The notes under the pieces: model-generated | Databases searched by the model: none | What the model saw: the letters and a program-made list of their open reading frames with translations, nothing else | Told to the model about the DNA's origin: nothing | Shown: positions 1 through 14,606 of the stretch, in pieces | How the letters are laid out: each line of letters opens with the position of its first letter | Position numbering within the stretch: the first letter of the stretch is position 1 | From: Chrysomallon squamiferum | Lineage: Eukaryota; Animalia; Mollusca | Assembly (NCBI GenBank): GCA_012295275.1 | Contig: CM022665.1 | Span: forward strand, 30,194,001 to 30,258,000 | Direction: 5' to 3' | Length of the DNA stretch: 64,000 nt | Program-made: the position numbers and the translations under genes

Positions 1-1491
1 CATAAAGATGGTATACCTCCATCCTATGGTGCAAAGACAAAATAGTTTCATGTATTAAAATCTAATGAGAACTGAGAAATATTTTTAAGTAATGGTTTTT
101 AATCAGTTGATTTAAAATCTGAGACAGAATGATAGTTATGAAATGTTAAGAAACTTGCAACAACTATAAAAAAAAAAAAAAAAAAAAAAAAATAATAATA
201 ATAAATATAAAAAAATAAAAAATAATAATAATAATAGGCTAATAATAAAATATATATATACTAAACAAAATCTAACAGAAACACCCCCACCCACAACAAA
301 CACAAAAAGACAACAAACCCCCCCCACTAAAAACAGAAAAAAAGACAACAAAACAAGAACCAAAAAACACCTCCAAACTACTTCACTTTCCAATACGTAG
401 GAAGGATCATTTGACACTTGCCTTTTTGCCTGTATGCGACACTGCAATTTGATATTTACTGTATCTTCATTTTAACTTGACATTTGGTTCAACTTTAATA
501 ATGAATCTTGACATTTGGTTCATTAGCATGTTAACCATATACATTTTGTCCTACAAGTGTTAACTTACAGCTTTGCAGTCAATATTTCTACCCTGATAAT
601 AACATCTCTCTATGGAAGGAATCTTTATAGATTGTTGAAAATCTCCCTCAGACATATCTTTTTATGTTTACATTTGTGGCCATATGGTTAAAGATTGTTC
701 TCTCTTTTAATAAATATTTATCAGGTGTCTGTTAAAACATTCTCAGACACTACTGAATTAAGTGATTGTGATTTTACCTCATGTATTCAAGACATTCTAA
801 AAGGAATGTTTGAAAAATTAAATTAAGTCTGTACAAATTTTGATTTAACTTATAATTGTATTTGACATATAAACATATAAACTTAATTCAGTTTAATGTT
901 TTCATATTGTATTGCCAAGTATGTTAATGATTTACTATCACTGTTATGTGTTCAATAAATTTACTTAGTCCCTCCATTTAATGGATTAAAATTTGAAATA
1001 AAATTTACTTTAAAGTCACTGTTTTTTTTATATATTCTTATGAACAGCAAATTGAGCTTGTTTTGTCATGATTGTATAGTGCCATCATTGTCAATGCTCA
1101 AAAATAAATATTGTTTTTTTATATCCAGGGAATTCGAAGATAAAATAGAGAGCATGAATGCACACACTGCCAGTGTAAACAAAATATGTGTGTACTTGAG
1201 GTGTCATCTTTTGCTAACTTCTGGAAGGGTCCGAATTTTGGTAGATTCCAGAGTATTTGTATATTTCCCAAGTATTGCCTGGATTTTCCAAAATCTGGCA
1301 AAGAGGGTTATGTTAAATGGAGTGTCAAGTGTTTGTGTGTGTGTATGTATGAATTCTTATAATAAATTTATAGTTTTTATGCCGCATTTTAAATATGTCC
1401 AGTATCAAACTTTATTTTATTGTCTTATTTTTGATTTAATAACAATAATGTGGTTGTTTTTCTTTTCTTTTTCTTTTTTGTTTGTTTTTAG

Positions 1492-2304
1492 CTCTGCCTT
1501 GTGGAATTGGCAACAACACTTGTAGACAGTACATCAGCTGTGCCAACATTAAAATCAGGTAAACTATACATTTTATATCTAGCAAAAAAACAAAAGATGC
1601 TTTATCTCAGATATTAAAACTCAGGCTTGAGACATGAATATCCACAGGATCAATCCTTCTTGGTGTATCCATTGGGCTATTTCCCATTCCAGACTGTGAT
1701 GCAGCTGGTTTATCAAAGGTTGTATTATGTGCTTTGATGTCTTTGCTTAGGTGGAAAATGTTTTTCTGTTAATTGATAAGAGTAACCCATATCTTAGAGC
1801 AGCTCATTTTCTTTTTTTATGTGATCATTATGCAAGTAAAATTTGACTGATTAACAACCATTAATATTGTATTACCAGAATTTAAACAACACAGCATACA
1901 AGATTTCTTTAAAAATGTGCATGAAATATCTTGTTTGTTTGGGATTTTTAAATTTATTTATTGATTTTTTAGAATTTGATAAATGGAATCAAAACATAAT
2001 TTAATATTCAGTTAATTTTAGTTATTGAAAAATAAAAGGATATCTTTATTGTTAAATTTCATAATAAGTATGTTATTAAATATTATGAACTTTTTTTTTC
2101 CTTAATACATTTAAAGTAAAGATATTACTAAAGATTTTTAAATTCCTGTTCAATTTTAAAATAAAATTGTTTGTTAATAAGAAAAACTTGTGAATAAATT
2201 ACAGGTATTCTCCAGCAGGAAAGATGAAAAACCTCTCATTCTGTGAAAATTATGTAGACAATTTAATGGGACCCTGGCCGTTCAGACCACTGGAAATGTA
2301 CATG
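1492..2304 (+). CDS. First two visible exons of gene 1: LPCGIGNNTCRQYISCANIKIR-YSPAGKMKNLSFCENYVDNLMGPWPFRPLEMYM
   Basis: Long polypyrimidine tract then AG at 1490-1491; donor gtaaac at 1559; acceptor acag before 2205; donor gtaaga at 2305. The phase 2 junction AG|G encodes Arg. Confidence 0.7.
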
Positions 2305-5300
2305 GTAAGAAAAACATATGCAAACATCAGAGCAATAGCATATACTTATATACATAATCATACTGATTTTAACAGTGGACTCTTTCAAAGCTTGGGACCA
2401 TTGACATATGCCAGTTAGAGAGTGTGCCAGTTTAGAAAGATTAAAATGACATGAAATTGGAATATGTGTTAATGCTTTATTTTGAATGTCGTAGTTAAAT
2501 GACTATCAGAGTGTTAGCTGACAAAATTGCTGACACTGCTGACTGTGCTTTTTTTCATGTTTTTCTCCAAAGAAAACTCCTCTGTCAAGGCCTCCAGATT
2601 TAATATAGGTCACAAAAGATTGTTTTCTTTTAAAATTGGACTGGAAATGGATCTTGTCTGGTGAAACCATCCAGATTTTTGAATTTGCCAATCATTACTT
2701 GGTTTTTCTCTCTGCTAAAATGTTGGTTTTGTACAATTGCCAGTAATGGTCACTATGTTTTAGAATGTCAGATACTGTCTGTCTTTCTATCTTAAATTAA
2801 TGGCTAAATCTTTTGTTTGCACAATGGATTTGATGAAAACTGTTCTATTAATTTTACTTTAGTCTGTAATGAAAGTTTAATATGTTGCCATTTTTTAGAT
2901 TGCTCTGTCATTACGAATTCAGTTAGACAATGCCAAATATGCACCATAAGAATTTTTCAGACCAAATGATTTTAAATCTAAACAAGTCAATTTGCTTAGG
3001 TATCTACACACACTAATAATAATAATCTTGTTGATTTAGCTCCATATAGTAGCTACAAACACTAATAATAGTAATCTTGTTGATCTAGCTGCATTTAGTA
3101 ATTACAAGAAGTTCAGGATCATTGTTTATCAAGTTTTCAAAGAAACATGACTATTTCATCTCATGCAACATCGTGATTATTAGCAAAATTGCTACTGGTT
3201 TAGACAGAAATCTGGATTAGTAAAATTCTGGTTTTAACAGAGTTCACTGTAGTTGTAAACAATCTTATACTAAAAAAAAGAGTGTGTGTATGGTGAAACT
3301 ATAACACACACATACATATGTGCACACATATAACATCAAAGATACACAAATATGGATGACATACTCTTCCTAATTGCATTCAAGATATATAAGATATGTC
3401 AACACAGAATTAACACATACCTTTATATGTATATAATCAATATGTATGACATTTTTTGGCTTTCTTTTTTTCTGAGAAAAAATACATCAACTTTCAGTTG
3501 TGTAACAATTCAAGTAATAATAAGAAGAAATAATAATAAAATAATAAAACACAAATATGAAAAATTAGACATTTTATAATAGGTTCCAAACATGTTTTGA
3601 TGTTTTGTTGTTTGGAATTTTGTTTGTTTGTTTGTTGTATTAACGAAAACAGAAAAGCAGCTTATTCATGTAAGAAAAACAAATTAGTAGTGTCTGTTTT
3701 GCCTAATTGCCTGTCAAGGATAAAATTAAGTTCATACAATGAGGCTGATCAGTAAATTAACTAACAAAGCGATGGCTGCCGTACATTATCTCAGTCTTCA
3801 TTGCAGAATTGATTAATGAGACAGGATTGCAGCTTAGTTTCAGGAACACAAGATGTAAAACACTAACAGTGCTTAAACACTGTGACGCTGTTAAACACTG
3901 TAGATATTAGAGGAGAAATGTAACCAAGCTGTTAAATACTGTAGATATTAGAGGAGAAATGTAACCAAGCTGTTAAACACTGTAGATATTAGAGGAGAAA
4001 TGTAACCAAGCTGTTAAATACTGTAGATATTAGAAGAGAAATGTAACCAAGCTGTTAAACACTGTAGATATTAGAGGACAAATGTAACCAAGCTGTTAAA
4101 CACTGTAGATATTAGAAGAGAAATGTAACCAAGCTGTTAAACACTGTAGATATTAGAAGAGAAATGTAACCAAGCTGTTAAATACTGTAGATATTAGAAG
4201 AGAAATGTAACCAAGCTGTTAAACACTGCAGATATTAGAGGAGAAATGTAACCAAGCTGTTAAATACTGTAGATATTAGAAGAGAAATGTAACCAAGCTG
4301 TTAAACACTGTAGATATTAGAGGAGAAATGTAACCAAGCTGTTAAACACTGTAGATATTAGAAGAGAAATGTAACCAAGCTGTTAAACACTGTAGATATT
4401 AGAAGAGAAATGTAACCAAGTTGTTAAATACTGTAGATATTAGAGGAGAAATGTAACCAAGTTGTTAAATACTGTAGATATTAGAGGAGAAATGTAACCA
4501 AGTTGTTAAATACTGTAGATATTAGAGGAGAAATGTAACCAAGCTGTTAAACACTGTAGATATTAGAGGAGAAATGTAACCAAGTTGTTAAATACTGTAG
4601 ATATCAGAGGAGAAATGTAACCAAGTTGTTAAATACTGTAGATATTAGAGGAGAAATGTAACCAAGTTGTTAAACATTGCAGATTTTGCAGGAGAAAGTA
4701 ACCAAATGTTTAAGCATTTTAGATGCTGTAACAAAAATGTTACTTAATCATAGATGGTTGGTGTGCCTACACAAACATGCACATATACACATTGTATTTA
4801 AAGGTTTCAACTGACTTAAAAATAATACTTACATATAATTTTGGGTGACATAATAATTACTTTTTAGCAAAAATCTCTGGTGAACACAACAACACCAGCA
4901 ATTGTTATTACTACTACTATTACAATAACTTACAATAATACTAACACTAATACTAATACTACTAATAATTTATAATTAGGTGATCCATTTACTGTGTATA
5001 TGCATATCAAATTTCTTACTGATTAAGGAAAAACAATATTATTTCATTATAATTCCAATCTGTTAAAGTTCATTTCTTGTAACACTTTTATTTGGTCAGA
5101 TTTGGATCTCATAATCTATAAAAAAAAACAACAACAATAAGACAACAGTGTAAAAACTTTGAAATTATGCATACAAAGGAATGTGTAAAAATATTTCCTG
5201 TAATTGTCTCTTAAACATTAAATGGTGAGTGGCTGTTGTCTGTTTAAGACATCAAGAACATCGCTTTGTCAATGTCAGATTTATCATTAAATAGATTTCT

Positions 5301-6509
5301 GACTGACTCCGAATTTGATAATTATAATTTGAGAGTCATAACTCAGACAATAATCAGTTCATTAATGATCATCTTCAGTAGGAATTAAAGAAACAACAAA
5401 TTGGATGTGCATAGATTTCTAATTAGATTTTAATTTAGATGATGCTTTTCAGTTTTTTTAACCATTTTACCAAAAAATAAAAAATAAAATACATGAGTAT
5501 GGCTGTGTCTAATCTTATAATTACTTGTTCAGCCATTTTATCAAATTATGCACAGTCCACTAGATTCACCCCAAGCTGTCATTACTTCCGTAATTACAAG
5601 ATCAGCGAATACAGCTGAAACTACTACTACTATTACCACCACTGCTACTACTACTGTTACAACTACTAGTATTACTATTAGTTATTACTGCTGCTGCTGC
5701 TGTTACTATTACTACTACTATCATTTCTATTATTACAACTGCTAGTATTACTGCTAGTTATTACTTCTAGTTATTACCACTTGTATCATCACGACCACCA
5801 AACATGACATCAAACATGTAATATTCAAATGTAGGTGACACAAGTCAAAATTATAAATGTTCAGAGCAAAAATTAAAAAGAAATTATTTTAATATTTCTA
5901 AGAATCTGATTGTCTCACTAGGTATTTGTGTCAAACATTTTAATAAGCCTGCAAATTCCCTTGATATAGATAATTTAATTGAGGTATTTTTTTTAAATCT
6001 TCGTGGTTTTTTTTGGTTTTTTAATGTTATATTTAATTTTAATTTTTTTTTCAGTTACATATTTGAATAGTAAGAATTGACAAGCTATTCAAAGCCTACA
6101 TTGTAATATATGTATATAAATGATTATAAATATTATTAAAAGTAAAAATATATACCAGCTACACATCTTCATACTCTGTTTTCAATTAAAAAAACCATTA
6201 GAACTTTGTAATATGTTAAAATTTATAAAAAAATTAACATTCTTAAAATTCTTACACTAATAATTTAAATAAAAATTAATTTATGCATTATTATGTAATT
6301 AAGTGTGTGGAATAAAAATTAATTTATGCATTATTATGTAATTAAGTGTGTGGAATAAAAATTAATTAAAATATTATCTAATACTAAAAATATCCCAACA
6401 GAAACTGTTGAAATCAGAACCCATGCTTTTCCAGAAATCTGCAAATCTCTTGAGAAATCAAAATCCCTAGAGCTATTACATGTATATTCCAAGGGGTATT
6501 TTTTTGTAT

Positions 6510-6547
<38 letters not shown>

Positions 6548-7193
6548 CTTCTTTTTTTTTTTCTATCTGATCCCACCTAACTGGAACTAATGGTTCATTT
6601 TCTCTGCCGATGCTAGTTTGTAGACCTTTTGCATCATTAGCAGATGGTAATTAATAAAGCATTCGACCATACAAGGCTTGCTGGGGAAAATCTCTTCAGG
6701 CTAAAACAAGGCTTTTGATCTTTCAGAGATAACCATGATGTGCTTGGAAAAAATCTCTCATTGTGATGAAGTTTATTGTTTCAGAGTTCTTAAGTCAGAT
6801 AGTCATAACATGTACTTGTCAATTGATGCATATTGATAGGCTGAAGTAAATTGGCTTTGACAGTGTTTTATCATACGTTTTTCTAGTTATTAATGTGTAT
6901 TTTTTTTTTTTTTTTTTTTTTTTTAGATGAGATAGGAGGGAAAAAATGATGTCTGATGATAGTTTTTCATTTTTTTTTTTTTTGTTGTTTATTAAATTTT
7001 GCTATTATAAAGTGTTTTAAGGTGTCTGAGGAAAATTTTGATAAATAGTTGAGTTCATCTGGTGTATTTGAATGTGTGTGTTTGCACACATACTCCACAA
7101 AAATCCATACGTACATGTGATACATATATTGTAAAAAAGAAAAGAAAAGCAGTTTATTTTTCAATTTTAGAGATGTTCCTAACATATAATTTT

Positions 7194-7280
<87 letters not shown>

Positions 7281-7503
7281 CGGGAGAGAGAGAGAAGCAG
7301 GGAGGTAGCTGTTGTACATGTTTCATTGTAAAAGTCAGTTCCATAAAATGCTTTGTAACTGTAATTTTCAATCAAGCAGTTCAAAAAGTTTCAAGAGAAA
7401 ATATACCAGAATATTTACCTGAAACCTTCAATCTTTTTAGTGTCTATGGAATCCTAGAGTTGGCATTATGTTACATTCAGAAATTAAACACGCACACGCA
7501 TAT

Positions 7504-7541
<38 letters not shown>

Positions 7542-10500
7542 ATAAAAAAAGAAGTAAATATTGCAGTAAATTCAGTTGTGAAATTTCCTATAAATTAGCT
7601 CCTTACTTTTAAAGAGCTCTTTGCTTTACAATACACAGAACATTATTAAAATATCTGTAGAACTATGTTATGTTAATATAATAAATGGTGTCATTAATTT
7701 GACAGAAAAATATAGTGGTGTCTATACTGACCTAATTATTATTCATAAATGTAAATAAAAATTTTGTTACTGGCTAAACTGCTACATTCTGTCATTCATA
7801 GAGTGACTGTGGAATAAATTTCCATTCAGTAAAAAGTGATTTTCCTAGTCGTGTAATTACACTGCATTTAATATACATTAATCTGAAAGTGAAACATGAT
7901 CTTGTTCTTAATAATAATAATGATGATGATGATGATAATAAGAATGAAAGTAATAATTATGATGATGTTTCATAATAGAAGTAATAATAATAATAGTAGT
8001 AGTAATAAAGATGAAGATGTCAATAGTAATAATTATGATGATGTTTGATAATAGAAATAATAATAATATTAGTAATGACAATGATGAAGATGAAAATAAT
8101 AATAACATTATAAGTAATAAATAATTATGATCATGAAAATGATAATAATGATGAAAATGATGAAAGCAATTATAATAATAGTAGTAATATGAAACTGTAT
8201 AATAAGCATCCACTCAGATCAGTCCTTTTTAATGTACTTATTGTTCTGTTTAATATTATGGCCAGTGCACTATAAGTTGTTCATCAAAAGACAAATATTT
8301 ATTTTCCATTGTTTCTAAAAATGTTTTTGGAGAAGATTCTATATTTACTAACAGATATGTCTATCTCCTGCAGATTTAAATAATAAGCTGCATATTTGAC
8401 ATATGATAGTCTTTCATACAAAATATATTGAGGTGTTTATAAACAAATATGGATTCATTCACCCATCTGTCCTTGATACTTCAATGTTTTTCTTTATACC
8501 AATTTTGTGAGGTTTGTCTATACAATAATGTGCATGTACGTTGCTTAAATGTTTTGTTGATGGACTTTGTTTTTAATATTTCTTCATATCTTCTCATTAT
8601 ACAAAACCTTTCTTACAAATTCAGTAATTTTACTGAATTATTTCATATTAAAATAATTAATCCACATGTAAATATTTTTATAATCTGCACAAACTTAAGT
8701 AAAGTTCTTGCTTGTACCCAGGGAATATGATATTATGGTTTGCACACACATAAAAAAAATGCTATTATTGCATTTATTCATATATAATAGAATTATGCAC
8801 TTAATTTGAGGGTTTTATGCTCAAAACTTGAGGGTACATGTTATACACAAGGAAGTACATAGCATTACAATGGAATGGTTTTTTAGTAGTTAAGTAGTAG
8901 CTTCCCTAAACACAAGTACAAATATACCACTAAACTCTCCTTTTTTAAATACATCTGATCATGACATGGCCTGTCTGTTATCTTCACGTCTGATACATGA
9001 GAAATATATTTTTTGGATTTAATTCCCATCATGAGAGGTCAGTAATAAATGTGAATAAATATGGTAATCTTGTTCAAAACACTAATATTTTGTTTCTATT
9101 TACAGACATCCTTCAATGCTCCAACTGCCCAAGTTTTAAATGCTACAGGAACTTTTGATCATTTTGCAAAATCTTTCATCTTGCATTTTCCAAGTCATAT
9201 TTTCAAGTAAGCTTAAGTTATTTTAACTTTTATTATTATTTTCTTTTAACCTCTTCACTTGAGATTCATGTACAATAAATAAATGAATAAATAAAATAAA
9301 GATATAAAATTGATTTTCCATTCAAAAATGAAAATTTCTTCTGAAGCATATAAAATAATTTATTATTTTCTCATGTTCTCATTCAGATTAAGAAATAAAA
9401 GCACATGGAAAGCCATTAGTTCTTTTTCTTTGAACAAATGGTTTTTAAAATGCTGATGTGAAGGCTTCGTATTCTTGATGCATATTTGTTTTCCACCAAA
9501 ATGGCTGAAGTCAATAACAGCGCCATTATTGATGTGAAATGAGAAAAGAACTTGTGTTCTGATCATATTTATTTATTAAATAAAAATGTATGACTTTATT
9601 TTCAGTTTCAGTATCAAGACTGAAATATTTGGATAAAGAAGTTAATTTATTGTTTTGTTCTTCAGTTGTATACTTCATAATATATATTATTTTAACAAAT
9701 TTATTCTGTTTTTTCAAACAACAGTCTAAAATTAGTATGTTTTACAATTATATATTTAGCAATGTTAGAAGTATCAAATATTGATATTTTAAAATGTTAA
9801 TATTTTGATTTTTTCCTGTTTATTTTTTTTCAGCAATTATGTTGAAGTGGTTGAAGTTCTTTGTGAAGTTGATGATGGTAATAGCACAAGTTTTGAAACA
9901 ATTTTCACAGAGAAAATCTCAAATCAGAGTAGTGCATTTTCCATTGGAACAGTAACTTGGAATGATTTAAACAGAACTGTCATCAACGAACTTAAGGTGA
10001 TTACTTGCTTAATTACCTGACCTTAATTAACTTTATTAGCTGAAAACAAAGCTGCTGAACCAAACACATTAATGTCATCTGTATGATGTGTGGAATGTAA
10101 ACCTACATCTTTTTGAGCCATTACATAATAGAATTTTAAAATAATTGAAAGTAATACTGCCAAAAACAGGCATAGTTACATCAGTGCTAAAGAACTTTTG
10201 TTACTTAAAGACATAACAGGATTTTAAAATACACTTTCTTAGCAGTTGCAAACAAAGCTGCCTTAGAAGAAGTTTTACAGTCAGATGTATAGTGTAAAGA
10301 ATTTAAAATTGTTACTTATTAGATGACCAGAACTGTTTATGTAGTCAGTTGAAAACAAAGCAGCTATGGCAGATCTAGCAATGTCAGCAGTGTGATATAA
10401 AGAAATTATGATTATTTGTTACTAACTAAATTGTAAAATTGTAGCAATTAGTTAAACATCCAAAACAGACCTAGTAATGCAAACTATATGATATAAAAAA

Positions 10501-13051
10501 CTGATTATTATTACTTATTGATTTACAAAGTTATCAGAATTTATGGGTGGAATCATTTGAAAACAAAGTATATAGATTGTTCTAGCAATGTCAGCCAGAT
10601 GGTGTAATTAGGACTACAGTAATTATAGCTATTACTATTGGTAACATCATAGAGAAATATTTGTAATCTGCTATTCATATTTTACTCACTCACTTACTTA
10701 TGCCCATTGTCTGACATGGATTTCATATATTTATGTAAGATAAATAATGCAGTATCTATGCTGTTAAAAACATTATTTTTACAGTTGATAAGAAAAAGAA
10801 ACACTAACATTTTTCTATATATTTTTAATTTGTTTTTAATTTTTAGAGTGAAAAACTTATTCTGAAGCTGTCATCATCTCAGGATAGTGTGAATGGCACC
10901 ATCAGCTTATCACATGAAGTATTAATTTTTTATCAAAATGATTTTTAATTTTTTTTAGGTTTTAGGGGTTTTTCTGTTATTTAAAAAAAAAAAAAAATAG
11001 TAAATATACATTACTACCAATTACTTAAGTAAAGTGGATAGCCTTAATAATTTCATAGACAAAATATATAAAAAATAATTTAATGTATAAAATGCACATT
11101 TTTTATACTAATCACACATTATAACCTGCTCTCAAATGTTCATGTTTTGTTTTCAACTTATATTTAATACCTTAAATTGTAAAATTGTACAAGACAATTC
11201 TAAATTTTCATTTTAAACAATTATTATGTTACACTATTCTTGATTGTATTATTTAATATTATCATGTATTTACAACTGTTTGTTTATAAACTAGCAATTT
11301 GGAATTGGACATTACGAAGGTTTTCATGCACTCTACAGTCATCAGGGTTGGTTGTCTGGATGTGAGTTCATAGGTCCACGGGCTCAATACCCAGCAGTTG
11401 TCAGTCCTTTTGGACCATGTGTGGAGGCTACTAGTAACTACATTGTGAGTAAATTCTTTTTAATTATTACTCATCTTCTATTTTTAATTACGAAATAAAC
11501 AATCAAATAATACTGGGAATGTATTATTTTTTTAATAATACATGTATATTTATTATTCAGTTTGTTTTTGATATGCATAGGTATGAATATAATTTTTTAT
11601 GGTAAGCTCCATATTTCTGCATATGCTTGTTATATTATTGTCATACTTTATAATTAGAAAAGGTTGATGTTGAAGTAAAATTAAATTAACCACTTGCATG
11701 TTTATTTGGGTTATGTTTCTACATCATCACTGGCATTTTTAAATGTTTTAACAATCATATTTTAGAGTTTATAAAAACATTTTTATAATTTATGATGAAT
11801 GTATGTATGTTTATTAGCACCTGACATTTATATTAATACATAAAAATTTAATTTATGGGTTTTATGTACCAAATTTGGTGTCGTGTGTCTGCAGATAAAA
11901 TAAATAAAATCACATTAAACTGTTGTTAGTTTGAAATAAATATTCACTAAGGAAAAAAAAAGAAAGTAATTTGTGAGATTTGTATCTAGATTATTAATGG
12001 ATGTGGTTATCTGCTTGTTTTTAACAAACCATCAAAATACCCCCCCCCAAAAAAAAAAAAAAAAAAAATAAAAATAATAAATAATAATAATAATAATAAT
12101 AATGTTTATTATTATTATTTTTATTATTTAAAAAAAAAAAAAAAAAAACCCATAAAAAAAAAAAAAAGTTAAAAAAAAAGAAAAAAAAAAAAAAAAAAAA
12201 ATATTTAAAAAATATAAAATCCTACCCAAAACACTAAAAAAGAAAAGAAAACAAAAAATGTAACTTTATAAAATATTTTATCTTTAAATGAATTTTCACT
12301 AATAAACAAATTAGTGGTCAGTCTTGACAGATCAATTCAATATTGTGACCACACACTGATAAAGTCCACCATAATATGTCTGTGCTAACTGCAGATTTTT
12401 AAGGTTGATATATTTGTGACATCTCTCTTAAATTGTTTGTCTTGCTTGCCAGTATGGTCTCTACACTGGCCATCACAGCTGCTTGTGATAAATGAACTAA
12501 GACTGTCAGTTTGAGGGAAACTTCATCTCCATTGTCACAACTCACCAGCAAGTATTTCCTCTGTACTGATGTCTTGTCACTTGCAACATTTTTGTAGCTG
12601 TCCTGAAAATAAAATGCCTTTGTAATAAATATTATAGTTGTTTTCATAACTCTTGGAGAAATATGTTTTATTTGGTTTATCATTCATTTAACAAATTTTT
12701 ATATATGTACTGAAAATAATTTGACTTTGTAATAAATATTACAGTTATTTTCATAGCTTGGTGAAAATGTTTTATTTTTTTTCATTTAGCAAATTTTTAT
12801 ATATGTACTGAAAATAATTTGGCTCTATAGTAAATGTTATAGTTCTTTTCATAACTCTTGGTGAAAATATTTTCTAATTGATTTATCAATTTGCAAATTC
12901 TTTAAGATGTACTGAAAATAATTTGGCTTTGTAATATTATGTTTATAATTTTTATATAAGTACTGAAAATAATTTGGCTTTGTAATTAATTTTCATAACT
13001 CTGTGAAAATGTGTTTTTTTTAATAGATCTATCATTCATTTAGCAAATTTA

Positions 13052-13083
<32 letters not shown>

Positions 13084-14575
13084 ATGAAAATAATTTGACT
13101 TTGCAGTATTATGAGTATTTTCATAACTCTTGGAACACATGTTTTATATGGTTTAGCAAATCTTTATAGATGATGAGAAATATTGGCTTTATTTTTTTGT
13201 GGTTTCTTTAGATAATTTTATGACTATTCAAGGATGTGTGTTATTTAGTTCAACATTAATTTAGCAAATATTTATTGATGTACTGAAAATCTGGCTTCAT
13301 AATATTTTAATTATTTCTTTGACTCTTGGGGAAATAATTGTTTTATTTCGTTCATCATTCTTGTACTGTGGTCCCATAGAGACTTTTGTAACTACTGGAG
13401 AATATGTTTTATTTGGTTTTTCATTTTGCAGATTTTTATACATGTACTGAAATGTTGGGTTTATAGTGTTATAATTATGACAGATATTTCAGTCACTCAT
13501 GGTGAATATGTGTTATTTGATTTATTTTTTATTTGCCCAATTTTTTATAGATGTACTGAAATATCTGGTGTACTGTAATGGATATTTTCTAAACTCTTAG
13601 GGAATGTGTTTTATATGATTTATCATTCATTTAGCAAATATTTATATATGGAGTGAAATATTAGTTTTAGGGCTTGTAGATATAACAGACATTGTCTTAA
13701 TTCTTTGGAAAGTAAATTCTATATGCTTTATTGTTGATAGAGTACCTTTGTTTAGAGGTGCTCAGATAATGATTTATATCACTGTGGTTATCACAGAAAT
13801 GTTCTTAACACTTTGGGAATGTGTTTTATTCTGTTTCTTACTGACTGGGCAACTTTTTATTAATGTAGTCAATTATTGGGTTAATACGACTGTTGTTATA
13901 ACAGCATTAAAACACATTATGTTATCACTCTGGGAATAGGTTTTTATTGTTGAAATGAAATATGTGGTGATTTTGTAATGGCAATATCATCAGTTTCACA
14001 GTGCTGTTGGGATGGTAATTATTGTTAATTAACTGTCTGTATTTCTAAATAGATTCTTTTTGTCTTGACACATATTTGAAATATTTTGTTTTGATTGTTT
14101 TTATATTTGATGACTGACACATAGCAGTTCATCATTTATTTATTTTAAAATTATTATTATCGTTATTATCATCATCATTGTCATCATCATTACCGTTATT
14201 GTCATCATCATCATTATTAGTAGTAGTAATAGTTGTAGTAGTAGCACTTAGTAATTTATTTATATTTTTACAAATTTTATTGGCATATGATAACATTTAA
14301 TATTTCTTTACCTACATAAATGTAATTTAAAAAAATATTAAGAACAAAGAAATGAAAAGGTTTTTAGAACAATAAAATGAAATTAAACACACACTTTTAT
14401 TATTCACAGTAATTTTTTTCGAAAGGTTAGAGACTATAAGAACAAAAATCTGGATATTTAAATAAAATAAAGATTTTGAATATTTCTTATAAATAGATCA
14501 GTGGATAAATGTTTATTGACACCTCAACATAACAGTTGCTATTTATATATGAGTTGTATGTGAGTGAATTTAAAA

Positions 14576-14606
<31 letters not shown>

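Noticed and set aside
136-447. 103-aa hydrophobic ORF on the minus strand
   Set aside because: Translation of an A-rich low-complexity tract that also looks like noisy sequence.
1040-1525. 161-aa ORF, the longest in the track
   Set aside because: Mostly intronic with no recognisable motifs; it overlaps the real exon 1492-1558 in a different frame.
3695-3845. Enhancer-like patches rich in TAAT motifs (also about 5220-5400 and 6570-6850)
   Set aside because: TAAT is expected by chance at this AT content; no support without conservation data.
3887-4705. CRISPR-like regular array
   Set aside because: Units are contiguous with no unique spacers, the context is a eukaryotic intron and there are no cas genes.
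6967-7612. RERE/SLSL/HTHT ORFs
   Set aside because: Products of (GA)n and (CA)n microsatellites.
7908-8213. His/Tyr/Ile-rich ORF that could suggest a metal-binding or structural protein
   Set aside because: Degenerate (ATN)n trinucleotide tract with no splice or signal evidence; the same applies to 5548-5745.
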